This document shows, one piece after another, positions 25,637 through 38,354 of a stretch of 64,000 bases of DNA (its first letter is position 1; every line of letters begins with the position of its first letter). Origin of the DNA: Centroscyllium fabricii (taxonomy: Eukaryota); NCBI GenBank assembly GCA_051313645.2, contig JBNRSN020000013.1, positions 90,582,001 through 90,646,000 on the forward strand, written 5' to 3'. The position numbers and the translations under genes are program-made. Under the pieces are notes generated by a model. The model was not told the DNA's origin, made no database searches, and worked only from the letters and a program-made list of their open reading frames with translations.

Positions 25637-26466
25637 GGGGTCAATTTTCATCGGGCCGTGAGGTGGGTTTTTTGGCGGGACTGCAGTGAAAATAGCTGAA
25701 ATGGGGGGTCCATGACCCCTCTCGCCGCCTTCCCACCCGCTTGTCAATTTCACCCGGCGGGTCCGATCGGCCCGCCTCGGTCCCGCCCGGCATCGGCGGG
25801 GATGCTCGTTGGGCTCATTAGGTGCCCTTAATTGGCATCGGTAATGCCATTTTAAGGGCCCCTTGCTATTTTGAGCCTCTTCCCACCCAGAACCCACCTG
25901 GTGGGAACACCGCCGTTGAAAGCTGGCGGACACCCAATCGGCTTGGTGACTGCCACCCTCAAGGCATGGGAAACAGCAGCCACAGCACGGCTTGCTAGCC
26001 TCCAACATGCTGGAGGTGTAGCTGTCTCCTAAGGGTGCCAAACTTCAGTGGCCAAAAACCTTTAAATCACGTACCTGCCAGCTGCATCCCAGTGACTCTG
26101 AGAGAACGTGCTGTCAGTCATCCAGTGGATCAGTTTCTGTTTACATTCTGCTGAAACCACAAACAGTCAGCCTAGTTAAAGCTGTCACTCTTAGATTTGT
26201 GGTTTCAACTGTTGACATTGCATTATGACATCATAATGCCCTGAAACCACAGAAAGAGAAACACCAAGCCTATCGCTACAGCTGCCTATCATCGGCTCTG
26301 CTGCTGACACAGTGCAAAGCCCGCCCACTTTCTATGTAAAATCCATCAATTGCCAGGGTCTTCCCACACAAATTGCATGGGGCTTCCACACTCTTCAGAA
26401 AGTGGGAAGATAGGGTGATCAGTGGGGATCCCACTCATTTCCCACACCTTCAGGAAAATTGACCCC
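25637..26466. mobile_element. GGGGTCAATT-TIR element, copy B, inserted in a CR1 tail (about 25570-26575, minus strand)
   Basis: GGGGTCAATTTTC...GAAAATTGACCCC; TSD att/atc; the CR1 3' UTR resumes after it. Confidence 0.82.
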
Positions 26467-27294
26467 ATCGAATTAATCCCACTCCCCTGTTTTTTCACCC
26501 CATAGCCCTGTAATTTTTTTCCTTCAAGTATTTATCCAGTTCCCTTTTTGAATGTTACTATTGAAGTTGCTTCAAACCTTCAAGGAATTTTTCCCAGAAA
26601 ATATTACGCACCTGCTGAAGCAGGCCATTGATTATGTCTTTGGCAGTGTGTGATTTGACAGTAATCAGACGCACATGACCATGCACGGCATTATGCAGTT
26701 GGGCAGGACATGTTTGGACTCTGAGTAACTGTCCTCCACATTGGCCTGGGATGTAACCCTTGAGAGCCCTCTAGGGATATCTGAAAGGGTTTCCACAGAG
26801 AACATCTGCTTTACCTGTGACTGTAAATAATCTTTCCCTCCCTCGTGGTAATTCCTTTAACGGAAAGACCAGAGACTTTAGTCATGTAAATCTTAAAAGA
26901 ATAAGGGAAGTCATAGTTAACATTTTCATTAAATTGATCTGTTCCATACAGTGATATAAATAGTGCTAATCAAAGATTACTCTTTTACAATATTTTTGCA
27001 TGGAAATTACTTATAACACACTTGCATTAAAGTAGATGTAATTATTTAGCTATCTATTCAGTTGAACAAACTACCTCTTTGTAAGGAGATTAACTACTAT
27101 TACATATGTATTTTTCTACAAGCATTCATTCTTCTCATTTCTGCCTGTGTCTTTGCCTGCTCCAGACAAAACTTTCAAACCCAGTTTTTGTCCAAGAGAA
27201 CCTTTCAGCCCGGTGACTACTTGCCCCATTGTATGGAACAGTAACTGTTTCTGGAATGTTCGGTCCAATTCGTTATTCTTGTAATGTCAGGATC

Positions 27295-27537
27295 TCCAAA
27301 GATGTGCGGGTTAGGTTGATTGGCCATGATAAATTGACCCTTAGTGTTAGGGGGATTGAATATGTGGGGTTACGGGGATAGGGTGGGATATGTGTCGGTG
27401 TAGGCTCGATAGGGATATGGGGAGAGGGCAGGGGCGGGGTGCTGGGTATGGATGATCAGCCATGATCTCATTGAATGGCGGAGCAGGCTCGAAGGGCCGA
27501 ATGGCCTACTCCTGCTCCTAGTTTCTATGTTTCTATG
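27295..27537 (+). mobile_element. HE1-type SINE, 5'-truncated
   Basis: Near-identical to 24530-24779. Confidence 0.9.
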
Positions 27538-27859
27538 ACATCATCCATGTGGAGGGTGCCCTGCCTAGTGTCAGTTGCAAAAACACAATTATGTGCTGGC
27601 ACATCCATGTTGCCCAAATGATTAGTACACTATCGCGATGCAAAGAAAAATTAGAACCCCTTGAATACTTATTTACTAATCCTCCATGTTGATACATGAT
27701 GTCTCCTCCTACATCAGTACAGCAGGAGGAGTAGTTTTGATCACTGAGATTGTATGTGATTCTAAAAATCTATTCTCGCCATACTGAAAGATGTTAAAAT
27801 AAAGTCTTGGCTGAGTGCAGCTAAAACATCCAGGTAAATATGTCACATAAAAAAAAATC

Positions 27860-28240
27860 ATACAGCACAGAAGGAGGCTATTTGGATCATTGTGCCTGCG
27901 CCAGCTCTTTGAAAGAGCTATCCAATTAGTCCCATTCCCCTGCTCTTTCCCCATAGCCCTGAAATTTCCTCCCCTTCAAGTATTTATCCAATTGTCTTTT
28001 GAAAGTTACTACAGGTCCGATGTCATTTCCAACTTTGCTTCACCATTACTTTTTTTTAGAATTGGGGCTAAAGATTTCATAGAATCATAGAATCCTTACA
28101 GTGCAGATAGAGGCCATTTCGGCCCATCGAGCCTGCACCGACACATATCCCACCCAATCCCCGTAACCCCCACATATTTAATCCCCCTAACACCAAGGGT
28201 CAATTTATCCTGGCCAATCAACCTAACCCGCACATCTTTA
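27860..28240 (-). mobile_element. CR1 tail (27860-28010) and HE1-related SINE fragment (28078-28240)
   Basis: CR1 3' UTR motifs; the SINE segment is the reverse complement of 24530-24645, with a (CATAGAAT)n tail. Confidence 0.75.
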
Positions 28241-30384
28241 GATTTGATGGGGTATAAAGTTCATATTGTCTTGTTCCTTCCATGTGAGTTTGCTGTTTGA
28301 CAACTGACTCTGGCTTTGATGACAACTATGAGAGGTCAGTCATTCAGATCTCTGACCTCAATGAGTAAACTTAATGGTGGCAGCAGCAAAAGTGTAACAC
28401 AAATTTGAAAAGAGAATTCATTCTCCGACTGTTAAGTATGATGAAAATCACGGTCCATTTATATGTTTCCCTCGGAAAACCTCTCTGTAGAAGCTATTGA
28501 CCACTCAAAGGCTTATCACAGCCCATCAATGCTGCCACCAGGGGGTGCATTTAACATCATGAGTAAGCTTTCAATTTTCCTCCTGACCTTCTATTCTCAA
28601 AAAAAAGGAATATGCTAAAAGGCATGCTTAGTGCAGGAATGAGTTAATTGTTTGCTTCCTCTCCCACTCCTGCCATCGTAAAATTATCATGGAATTTATT
28701 CCATTAGTCTTGCTGAAAATAGCCAAATATCGTTCCCTATAGTGGCAGATGGAAACAAATGACAGCCCTCATACTTGAACCCTTGCATCTAATTGGTAGG
28801 CAGGTGCTTTACTGTGGGTACCAACAAGCTGCCAAATAATCACATTTTTAAAAGCTGCACTGAAAGAATTAAGGGTTTCTCTTTCTGTTCAGGGACATAT
28901 TAGATAATTTGTTACTTGCTGTTTGTGTGTGCTCTATGGAGTAAATAAATTCAGCAAATGAGAAAACATTATTTCCCTGTTGCTGATGTGACAGACATTC
29001 TGCATATAGAAATTGCTATGTGTCTGCTCTTGCTCCGCAGTAACAACAGACCTGTAAAATCTAATTCTCTACATGAGCTGATGTCATTGATTGCAGTAAA
29101 ATTCCTTTACCATTCACCAGTCTTTGAAAATGCAGCAGAGCTAAGCTGAAATGCTTAAGGATGGACACCCCTGTGTGAATAGGCTTGAATTTATTGACGG
29201 GATTGTGCTATATTGCTTTGTTGTACAGTTATAGTATATTTGAATCATTTTGTTTAATTATATTCAATAACATTTTCCATTATGATGCATCAAATGTTGT
29301 GGAGCAGTCCTCCAATTGCTTGTGCCAAAAAAAACCTGTTTGTAATTAAACATGGCAGCCCTTCTAAAACAGCATACAAGCACTGGCTTCTGTTGTTGTT
29401 TCTTCCCTTTGTCAATCGCTGAATGCATGTTGCACACAGAAAACTAACAGTTATTTATACCTTATTTATACTCACAATGGAGCTCCATTCAGGTTACATA
29501 AGAACTGGTCTAAATTCAATTTCTGTAACATTTACACTATTGTATCACTGAATTTGTTCTTGTGCTACGCTATATCAAACTACAGCTTGCTGTGCTGCAG
29601 TACACCTCAAGCAAGAAAGCAGGGATTTAAATCTTTCGAGCTGTGAGCTTTCAAATAGATTTTTTGAGTCTTATGTTTCATTCAGGTTGCTCACAAGGAA
29701 GTGAATTATTAATCGAGGTATACAGGCTATTCTACTGAAAAGCAATCCTGGCAATAGCAAGTTTGCTCCATCTATAGGCATCCTCCTTTCATTTTAGTAG
29801 GGCTGAAATCAAGACGAGGAACCGTTTTAAATAAAAAGAGAAGCTAGGATCATTAAATAAGATGTTTAACTAGTAACTGTTGGCAGCTCCAAGGAATTGC
29901 AGGCTCAGTGGGCTGGCTTTTTCATTTCTTGCAGGCTGGTGCACAAACAAACCCCAATATCACAGTAATAAAACTACTTGTATTTCAGGTGTGTAGCTTC
30001 ACTACCTTCCACTGCTAAAATAAAAACTTAAAAAACAAAGTAGCTTGAAATTGGATCTTTTAGAACATAGCCACGTGGACAGTGTTATATATTCTCTCCA
30101 GTTGCACCTTAACAGGTTCCAGGAGGTATGGACACACTTTCTGGATCACTCTTGGAAACTGCCCACAAAGGAGATGCGATCTGCTCGAGAATTTCAAGTG
30201 CCTTGAGCGTGTATTGGGTTTACCTATGTGGAGCTCTACTGTTTGCTGTTGAAAGTTATTAAGCCATTAAGGAATAGGTTTGTACATGACTCTTGGGATA
30301 CTGGAGGGTGTTGTAAATTCAATAATATGCCAGCTATATAATAGAAAACAAAGGGTAGAGCTCAGTGGGAGTATTTTAGATTGA

Positions 30385-30830
30385 ACCAGACTGTTCACAC
30401 CCTCGGCGTCCTATTTGACCTTGAGCATATCTTCTCCATCACCAAGACCCTCCATCCACTGTTATAATATTGGGTGCCTCCGCTCCTGCCTCAGCCAATC
30501 TGCTCCTGAAACCCTCATCCATGCCTTTGTTACTTCCAGACTCGACTATTCCAATGCTCTCCTGGCAGTAAACATGAGCTCATTCAAAACTCTGCTGTCC
30601 GTATCCTAACTTGCACCAAGTCCTGCTCTCCCATCCCCTTGTGCTTGCTGAGCTACATTAAGCTCTCAGTCCTGCAAGACTTCAAATTTAATATTCTTAT
30701 ACTTGTGTTCAAATCCCACCATGGCCATACCCCCTACCTCTGTAACCTCCTCCAGCCCTACAACCCACCAAGAACTCTGCGTTCCTCCAATTCTGGCCTC
30801 TTGTGCATCCCCAATTTTCTTCACCCCACA
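30385..30830 (+). mobile_element. L2 LINE 3' fragment
   Basis: ETLIHAFVTSRLDYSNALLA and FKFNILILVFKS...YLCNLLQPYNPPRTLRSS, typical of the L2 ORF2 C-terminus. Confidence 0.85.
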
Positions 30831-30904
30831 TAAATGTAAGTTGTTGATAACTATGACCAATGGAGTATCCTCGGGATCAATTCTGGGATTTTTGCTGCTC
30901 ACAA

Positions 30905-31270
30905 TATTTATACGATTGCTCCTACTTTTCTTCCATCTTATTCTGAAGATGTTGACTGGTAGGGCTCCATGAGCACTGGCAGCTCTCGGGTACCTCCTTT
31001 TGAATGTCCATTTTTCATGTGTAAACTTGTATAGAGAATATTGGGCTATTCATCCAGAGGTGGCATTAATCCCTGTTTTTACCTGGCATCCACACGTGCA
31101 CACATTCCAGCAAGTACCGTGGCTAATTTTTCACCTCCTAGGCTCAGGTGTTCTAAGGCTATCTGTAGCAATTCAACTGCTGCCCCAACTGAAGTCAGGT
31201 AACTCAGCACAGATTAGAAGTCAAACCTGAAACATTTTTGTCTATATAACTCAGTTATATAGATACACTG
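30905..31270 (-). mobile_element. Degraded LF-SINE-like element
   Basis: Reverse complement resembles 58430-58830 (TGTGCTGAGTTA.CTGA core). Confidence 0.5.
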
Positions 31271-31324
31271 GGAATTGCCTTTACCTACTACGTTTAGGGA
31301 AGCTCTGTTGCCAATATTTATAAA

Positions 31325-32140
31325 TAAGAACATAAGAAATAGGAGCAGGAGTAGGCCAATCGGCCCCTCGAGCCCGCCCCGCCATTCAATAAGATCATGA
31401 CTGATCTGATCCCGACCTCAAATCTACTTTCACTCTCCATCCCACCCGAACCCATGTGATCTCCCGGGAGAGGCGAAAAACCCAGTGGCCAATTTGGGAG
31501 AAAAAATCTGGGAAATTCCTCTCCGATCCATCTAGGCGATCGAAACTCGTCCAGGAGATCACTCTGGCCCTGAATTTCCTGCAGAACCTACCTTCTGTAA
31601 GAGGTGACCAGGCCACACGACCCCCCCAGGGCCGCTCTGCCACCCACAGGGCCATGGCCGATCTGAACCTAGACTCACGTCCACTTACCTGCCCGCTCAC
31701 CGGAACCCCTAATTCCCTTTACTTCCAGGAAACTGTCTATCTCTGTTTTAAATTAATTCAATGTTGTAGCTTCCACAGCTCTCTGGGGCAGCAAATTCCA
31801 CAGACCTACCACCCTCTGAGTGAAGAAGTTTCTCCTCATCTCAGTTTTGAAAGGGCAGCCCCTTATTTTAAGATTATGCCCCCTAGTCCTAGTTTCACCC
31901 ACCATTGGGAACATCCTCACCGCATCCACCCGATCAAGCCCCTTCACAATCTTGTATGTTTTAATAAGATCGCCTCTCATTCTTCTGAACTCCAATGAGT
32001 AGAGGCCCAATCTACTCAGCCTCTCCTCATATGTCAGCCTCCTCATCCCCGGGATTAACCGAGTGAACCTTCTTTGTACTGCCTCGAGAGCAAGTATGTC
32101 CTTTCTTAAATATGGACACCAGAACTGTATGCAGTATTTC
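31325..32140 (-). mobile_element. CR1 3' fragment with chimeric 3' UTR
   Basis: KYCIQFWCPYLRKDILALEAVQRRFTRLIPGMRRLTYEERL...; an extra segment of about 250 bp sits in the UTR. Confidence 0.92.
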
Positions 32141-32559
32141 AATGATCTGGATGAAGGTGTTAATGGCAGAAATTTCTTGTTTGCTGATAATGTATGGAAT
32201 GGTAGGATATTCAGAGTAAAGGACAATAGTGAGATTCTTTTACAGCAAGTAAAATGATGAATCATGTGGCACGTAATAGCGCTTTTATTACTAAATAGTA
32301 AACATGATTACAAAATAGTTGTACCATTATGTAAAGTGAGTCAGAGAAAAAAATTGAGGTGTACTTGACCAAATAGTATCAACAGTATATGATAGTTCAA
32401 AGGTAAAAGAAAATGTTGGGGATTTTTGAGAAAATTCATAGCATTAGTCTAAAGAGCTGATGGTTAAACGTCATAAGAATGTGAGTCCATCAAGTTGCAT
32501 GAACATAGCATGATTAGAAGGTGGACCAGATCACACCTGTACAACTCTGCCCACGGTGT

Positions 32560-33025
32560 ATAAGAACATGAGAAATAGGAGCAAGAGTATGCCATTCGGC
32601 CCTTTGAGCCCGCTCTACCATTCAATAAGATCATGGCTGATCTTCTACCTCAACTCCACCTTCCCACACTATCCCCATATCCCTTGGTTCCCTTAGTATT
32701 CAAAACTCTATCGATCTCTGTCTTGAATATACTCAGTGACTGAGCCTCCACAGCCCTCTGGGGTAGAGAATTCCAAAGATTCACAACCCTCTGAGTGAAG
32801 AAATTTCTCACCTCAGACCTAAATGGTCGACCCCTTATTCTGAGACTGTGACCCCTGGTTCTAGACTCCCCGGCCAGGGGAAACATCCTCCCTGCCTCTA
32901 CCCTGTCAAGCCCCTTAAGAATTTTATATGTTTCAATGAGATCACCTCTCATTCCAATAAACTCGAGAGAATATAGTCCTCGTCTACTCAATATCTCATA
33001 AGACAATCCCCCCCCATCCCAGGAT
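32560..33025 (-). mobile_element. CR1 3' fragment
   Basis: GLYSLEFIGMRGDLIETYKILKGLDRV...FFTQRVVNLWNSLPQRAVEA. Confidence 0.92.
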
Positions 33026-34528
33026 CAATAACTCTGGTTGGGTGGGGCTTGGGAGGACACTATTTATGGAAATGGACAAGAGCTTTGTTTAAATGTAATT
33101 ACATTGAAATTCATTATAGTGAAGGCGCACATAATTTCCCACATTTCAGGTTGAGAATGTGACGTGCTGTCATAACACCCATATAAAATGGGTGTTTTCT
33201 GGATTGTACTAACGATTTTAGATTTATTGGTTTAAAAAAAAAAGCGAAAGCCAGTCATTTCATGCTCTTAGTGATGCATGGATTATAGTGTTGGAGCAAC
33301 TGAATGGAGACAACTGGCGCACTGTCCCAAGAATAGACCCAGGTATTAACAAGCAGTAAGAATTTATGCTGAAGAATGCAACACTGTTTATAGTGCACAT
33401 AAACAAACAATATTCAGTCATTTTTATTATTTAATAGGATTTTCTCAGATCTAGCCATATTTCAATATTTAGGCAGTGAACGGTTACAAGAAGACTATGA
33501 AGATAAAAAATTGTCAATTTATGTACTGTATGATGTAACAAGTAGACAATTTTGGTTTATATCATTGATTGAGCCTATGCCGAATTTCTAATACTAAAGG
33601 TGCATTGACCAGTTCTAAGCAGTTTGTTTGAAGAACAAACTCATTAGTTATTAAAGAATTAGTTACTGTAATTCCTAATTTAAAAACGGTCTATTTTGGA
33701 AAAATAAAAGTGTAGAGATACCGATAATTTAAAAAAACCTAATTAGAGTGCTAATGTGTGGAGATATACAGTTTAGCTTGCATCTGCAATTGCCTGCAAG
33801 CCACGTTCCCAATCTCTTCTGCGTCATGATGGGATGCAGTGAAGAAAGGCTTAGTGCTTCCCCACAGCGAAGGAGGGGAGTTTGCAAGATTTTACCTCCA
33901 GCTGCTCGCCCACAATTACAAACATCAGTTCTAGGCTATGTTGTCAGAGGCAGAGGAGAAAGTCAGTTGTTCGCTGGTATAATATGTGGTGCAAGAAAAC
34001 CAAGAGTATGCTCCTCCCAAGTAGTGTGCTCCACTTTAGTTGAGAGTGCTCTTTCATTAATCCCATTAAATTAATCAGTAATTTACCCCCCAAAAAATCA
34101 TTTGTTTTGGGGATATAAAATGAAGTAGGGAAAAAAAATAAAAAAATTCTTGACGAAGTTGAAGTTTGTGTTTATGTGCTACTTGAATTAGATGAGGCAA
34201 AAATACAACAAAGATGTTTTGCTGTTTGAAACCGTATCAAATGATAGTTTCATCTTATGTAGAAATTCATCGGTTTCATATATAGAAATTCATCAGGACA
34301 AATAATGGATTGTATTGTTTCTAAAACCTAAAAAATACTGGGTTATTAATATGAATTTATGGTTTTCTAAAATTTTAGATGGCGAGAAAAGGACGCATGA
34401 GATGATAAGTGCCCCTTTTGAGTGCTAGACTAATATCAGATTTTTAAACAAAAGACTACAGCAAGTACAAAGTAAGATGAGCATATTCTAGTCATTTTAA
34501 ATCTATTTCAAACAGTTATCCTCCAGGC

Positions 34529-34713
34529 CAGTGTTTCCCCCCCCCCCCCCCCCCCTCCCTTATTTATTTTTTCAGTGCATGGGCCATTTAACTGGCTACA
34601 CAGCTCATACAAATTTCTGCACATGCGTGATTTTTCCCCATACAAAAGCCAGTGAACGGCCTGTGCAGGACCTCAAGACCGCTGTGTGGCTGCGCAGCTT
34701 AACAGGAGCATTG
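34529..34713. mobile_element. Short hAT MITE
   Basis: CAGTGTTTCC...GCGCAGCTTAACAGGAGCATTG; 8-bp TSD ctccaggc/ccccaggc (7/8 match). Confidence 0.7.
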
Positions 34714-35224
34714 CCCCAGGCCCCATATACCTGTTCAGATGAATGTTAAAGATCCCACAACACTATTCAAAGAATAAAACTGGGAGTTCTGTGACCAGAC
34801 CAACATTGTTCTCTGAACCAACACCAACATAAACCGATTAACTGCTAATCTATCTCACTGCCGTTCCTGAGATCTTTTTTGTGCTTTCACATTTGTTTGC
34901 GAAGTTTGAGAGACATGATATGGCGCTGCGTAAATGCAATTCTTTCTTTCCTAAAATGGATTTGACCTTATTCCAGACAGCAGCTGAATATGTCTGCAAC
35001 TGTGTTGCAGCTCCTCCTCCCAAGCCAAGCATTTCCTATGTCTGGGGATCAGGCCTGTTCCCAGGCCAGTGGAGACACTCCTTCCAATTTTTAGCCTTCC
35101 TTCCTTGCCCCTTCCAAGGAGATACCTGACCCCTGCTCAGTATATCACTACACAGCAACACCACTGAGCAAATAACTCAACAGTGGGGAATCTGCATCTC
35201 TCCTCTCCATAGCACTATATCCTA

Positions 35225-35777
35225 GTGGTTAAGAAGGCCCAACAGCGCCTGTACTTCCTAAGGAAGCTGAAGAAAGCCAGGCTGTCATCCGGCATCCTCT
35301 CCAACTTCTACCGCTGCACAATAGAAAGCACACTGACAAGCTGCATCACTGTCTGGTATGGTAATTGCACTATCTCGGACCGGAAAACCCTGCAGCAGGT
35401 AGTCAAAACTGCCCAACGAATTACCGGTACACAGCTACCGTCAATGGAAAGCATCTACCTCAAACGCTGCTTATGGAGGTCTCTGAACATTATTAAAGAC
35501 CCCACACACCCCAGCCACAGTCTGTTCGCTCCCCTGCCCTCCGGGAGACGCTACAGAGCAATTTGCACCCGCACGACTAGATTTCAGAACAGCTTCTTCC
35601 CCAGGGCTGTCAGCCTCCTGAACTCTAAAAAGAAACTCCGGTACCTGCACGCCTGATAATGTACTTTACTGTATGCAATTTGCATGTAATTTATTTGCAC
35701 TACTCTCGGGAGAGTCGAGTCTTCGTCTCGTTGTATTGTACTAGTACTCTGCAATGACAATAAAACTTGAATTGAAT
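35225..35777 (+). mobile_element. Rex1/Babar LINE 3' fragment
   Basis: KAQQRLYFLRKLKKARLSSGILSNFYRCTIESTLTSCITVWYG...LPSGRRYR; same family as 6540-7100. Confidence 0.92.
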
Positions 35778-36185
35778 GTTTAGAGTTTAGAAGAATGAGA
35801 GGTGATCTCAGTGAAATATATAAAATTCTTAAGGGACTTGACCGGGTAGATGCTGAGAGGATGTTTCCCCTGGCTGGAGAGTCCAGAACTACGGCTCACA
35901 GTCTCAGAATAAGGGCTCGGCCATTTAGGCCCGAGATGAGAAATTTCTTCACTCAAAGGTTTGTGAATCTTTGAAATTCTCTACCCCAGAGGGCTGTGAA
36001 TGCTCAGTCATTGAGTATATTCAAGACAGAGTTCGATAGATTTTTGGATACTAAGGGAATCGAGGGATATGGGGATAGGGCGGTAATGTGGAGTTGAGGT
36101 AGAACATCAGCCATGATCTTATTGAATGATGGAGCAGGCTTGAAGGGCCGAATGGCCTATTCCTCCTATTTCTTGTGTTCTTATG
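35778..36185 (+). mobile_element. CR1 3' fragment
   Basis: LEFRRMRGDL... plus HER1-type tail. Confidence 0.9.
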
Positions 36186-37359
36186 CTGATTTCTTCCTCA
36201 CCTTTACCTTTTCCCTTATGGAAAGAGCTAGAGATTTAGATGCAGCTGTCAATCTTGTGTCAAACCTCCCTGAGCAACTGGTCAGCATGTGCATTTTCAG
36301 AGCACTTGCCCACAGGAAGTAGTTGAACAGGGAGAAGATTCATGGCTTTAAAGGGGTAGGCCACTTTAAAACAGGTCCACTTTATCAGCAGAAAACCTTC
36401 CTCTTATGAGTTCCCTTATACCTGTACCTATTAAGAAAGTTGATGAAGACACAAATACTGCCCTTATTATGATGCATTGTGTGTTTATCCTCTTACCATG
36501 AGCACTGCCTCAAGATCAGCTGATATATTTCTAAACATAGTTGCAAAATGGTTTAGAAAGCAGTTTCTACAAACACATTTCCCCACATAACCACTTAGTC
36601 CTGGTTGAGATCCCTGGGGAAATCTGAAATGTGTTGCCTGTATTCCACAGGCTCTGACTCTGTCGATATGCAGTGCTGTGACCTCACAGGTGGCGGGCTG
36701 GAATGTTAGCAGCAGAGACGTGAAAGGCACTTGCTTTAAATTAAATTCAACAAAGTGGTTATTTCATCTCTCAATTTAAATGGATTTCAATCACAATTAG
36801 AAATTTTTACTTGAACCATTCACTTTCTTGAATATTGTTGATTGCAGCAGCAAATTGGAGGGTAATTAATTAGACTTCAAAGAAATACAGATTCAAACAA
36901 CTAACAGTTTTTCAATTCTTGCTATCATAACCATAATAAAAGAGAAATTTATACACCGATGTGGTTGATAATTCAGATTAATCTGGAATTTAAAACATTT
37001 CAATTGATCCACCATCCAGACCTTTGAGGGAGTGAGTTCCAGATTTTCACTAATCTTTGTGTATGTAAATGTATAAACTAATGAGGTCATAAAATTAACA
37101 AGACATTAATACTAATCCTGTTTTTTTTCCTATTCTGAAACTCATACTATAAATAAATAACATTTAGATATCCGTTAAAGCATTTTATTTTTCGGAAACG
37201 CACAAGATAAAGGGGACGAATATCCTTAGTGCTTCTGGCACACTCCTGCCATTAGTCTGGGCAAGAGAGCATCAGAAGAGCTGGAAATTAGGTCAGGACC
37301 CAGATTGACTGGGGCAGAGCCTCTGCCCACTCCAAACAAGGTAATTGGCATAGTAGTGG

Positions 37360-37970
37360 TCAGGGCAGAAGGTGGGTAGTGGTGTTCCACAAGGATCAGT
37401 GCTGGGACCACTGCTGTTCACAATTTACATTAACGATTTAGACTTTGGAATCAAAAACACAATTTCTAAATTTGTGGATGATACCAACTTGGGGGTGGGG
37501 GGACAGTCAATACTGAGGAGGACTGCTACAAATTACAGGAAGGAGGACATTAATAAACTTGCAGAATGGGCAAATAATGGGCAAGTTCATTTCAACAACA
37601 AATGAGAGGTATTACATTTTGGTAGGAAGAATAGGGAGGTCACATCACTTGGAGGGTGCGAAACAGGCCATTGGAATCCGTTCTATGCCAGTGTTTATGC
37701 TCCACACGAGCCTCCCCCCCACTATTTATTTAATTTCACCCTGTCAACATATCCTATTCATTTCTCCCTCGTGTAATATCTAGCTTCCCCATAATGCTTC
37801 TGTGCTATTCTCCTCAACCACTGTGTGTGGTAGCAAGTTCCACATTTTCACCACTCTGAGTAAAGGACTTTCTCCTGAATGACTTATTGGATTTATTAGT
37901 GGCTACCTTATATTTATGGCTCCTAGTTTTGGATGCCCCCACAAGTAGAAACCTCTTCCCTATGTCTCAG
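37360..37970. mobile_element. Two degraded CR1 pieces: RT core (+, 37360-37640) and tail (-, 37660-37970)
   Basis: [22 protein letters not shown]...SKFVDDT; antisense 3' UTR motifs. Confidence 0.8.
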
Positions 37971-38354
37971 GATATCTCTTTCTTTGTCTCAATATCCATT
38001 CTTCTCTGATGACACTTCTGTGAAGCGCTTTGGAACATTAGAGACGTAATAGAAATCCAAGATGTTTGTGTTGAAGTTGCTTATCAACAGGTTCAGGTTA
38101 GGTTAGCATTTTAGCAGGTTAACACTACCAATCCTCTATTAGAATACATATAAGCTACTGATTGAATGAGTCAACCTTTTCTTGTCAAAGTACCAATGAG
38201 GAAGTCAGATCATGAACTCACATTTCTTTTATTTACACCCTTAGGATAATACAATTAGCAGCAGCCTCTTAATGTTCAACAGCAAGAATACCCAAGGTAC
38301 TCAAGTAGTTACTTCACTTATTAGTAACTAAATGAATTAATATCTCCGGTTACA

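Noticed and set aside
31520-31562. Hammerhead ribozyme (GAAAC after a hairpin)
   Set aside because: There is no CUGANGA core, and the wobble pairs favour the opposite strand.
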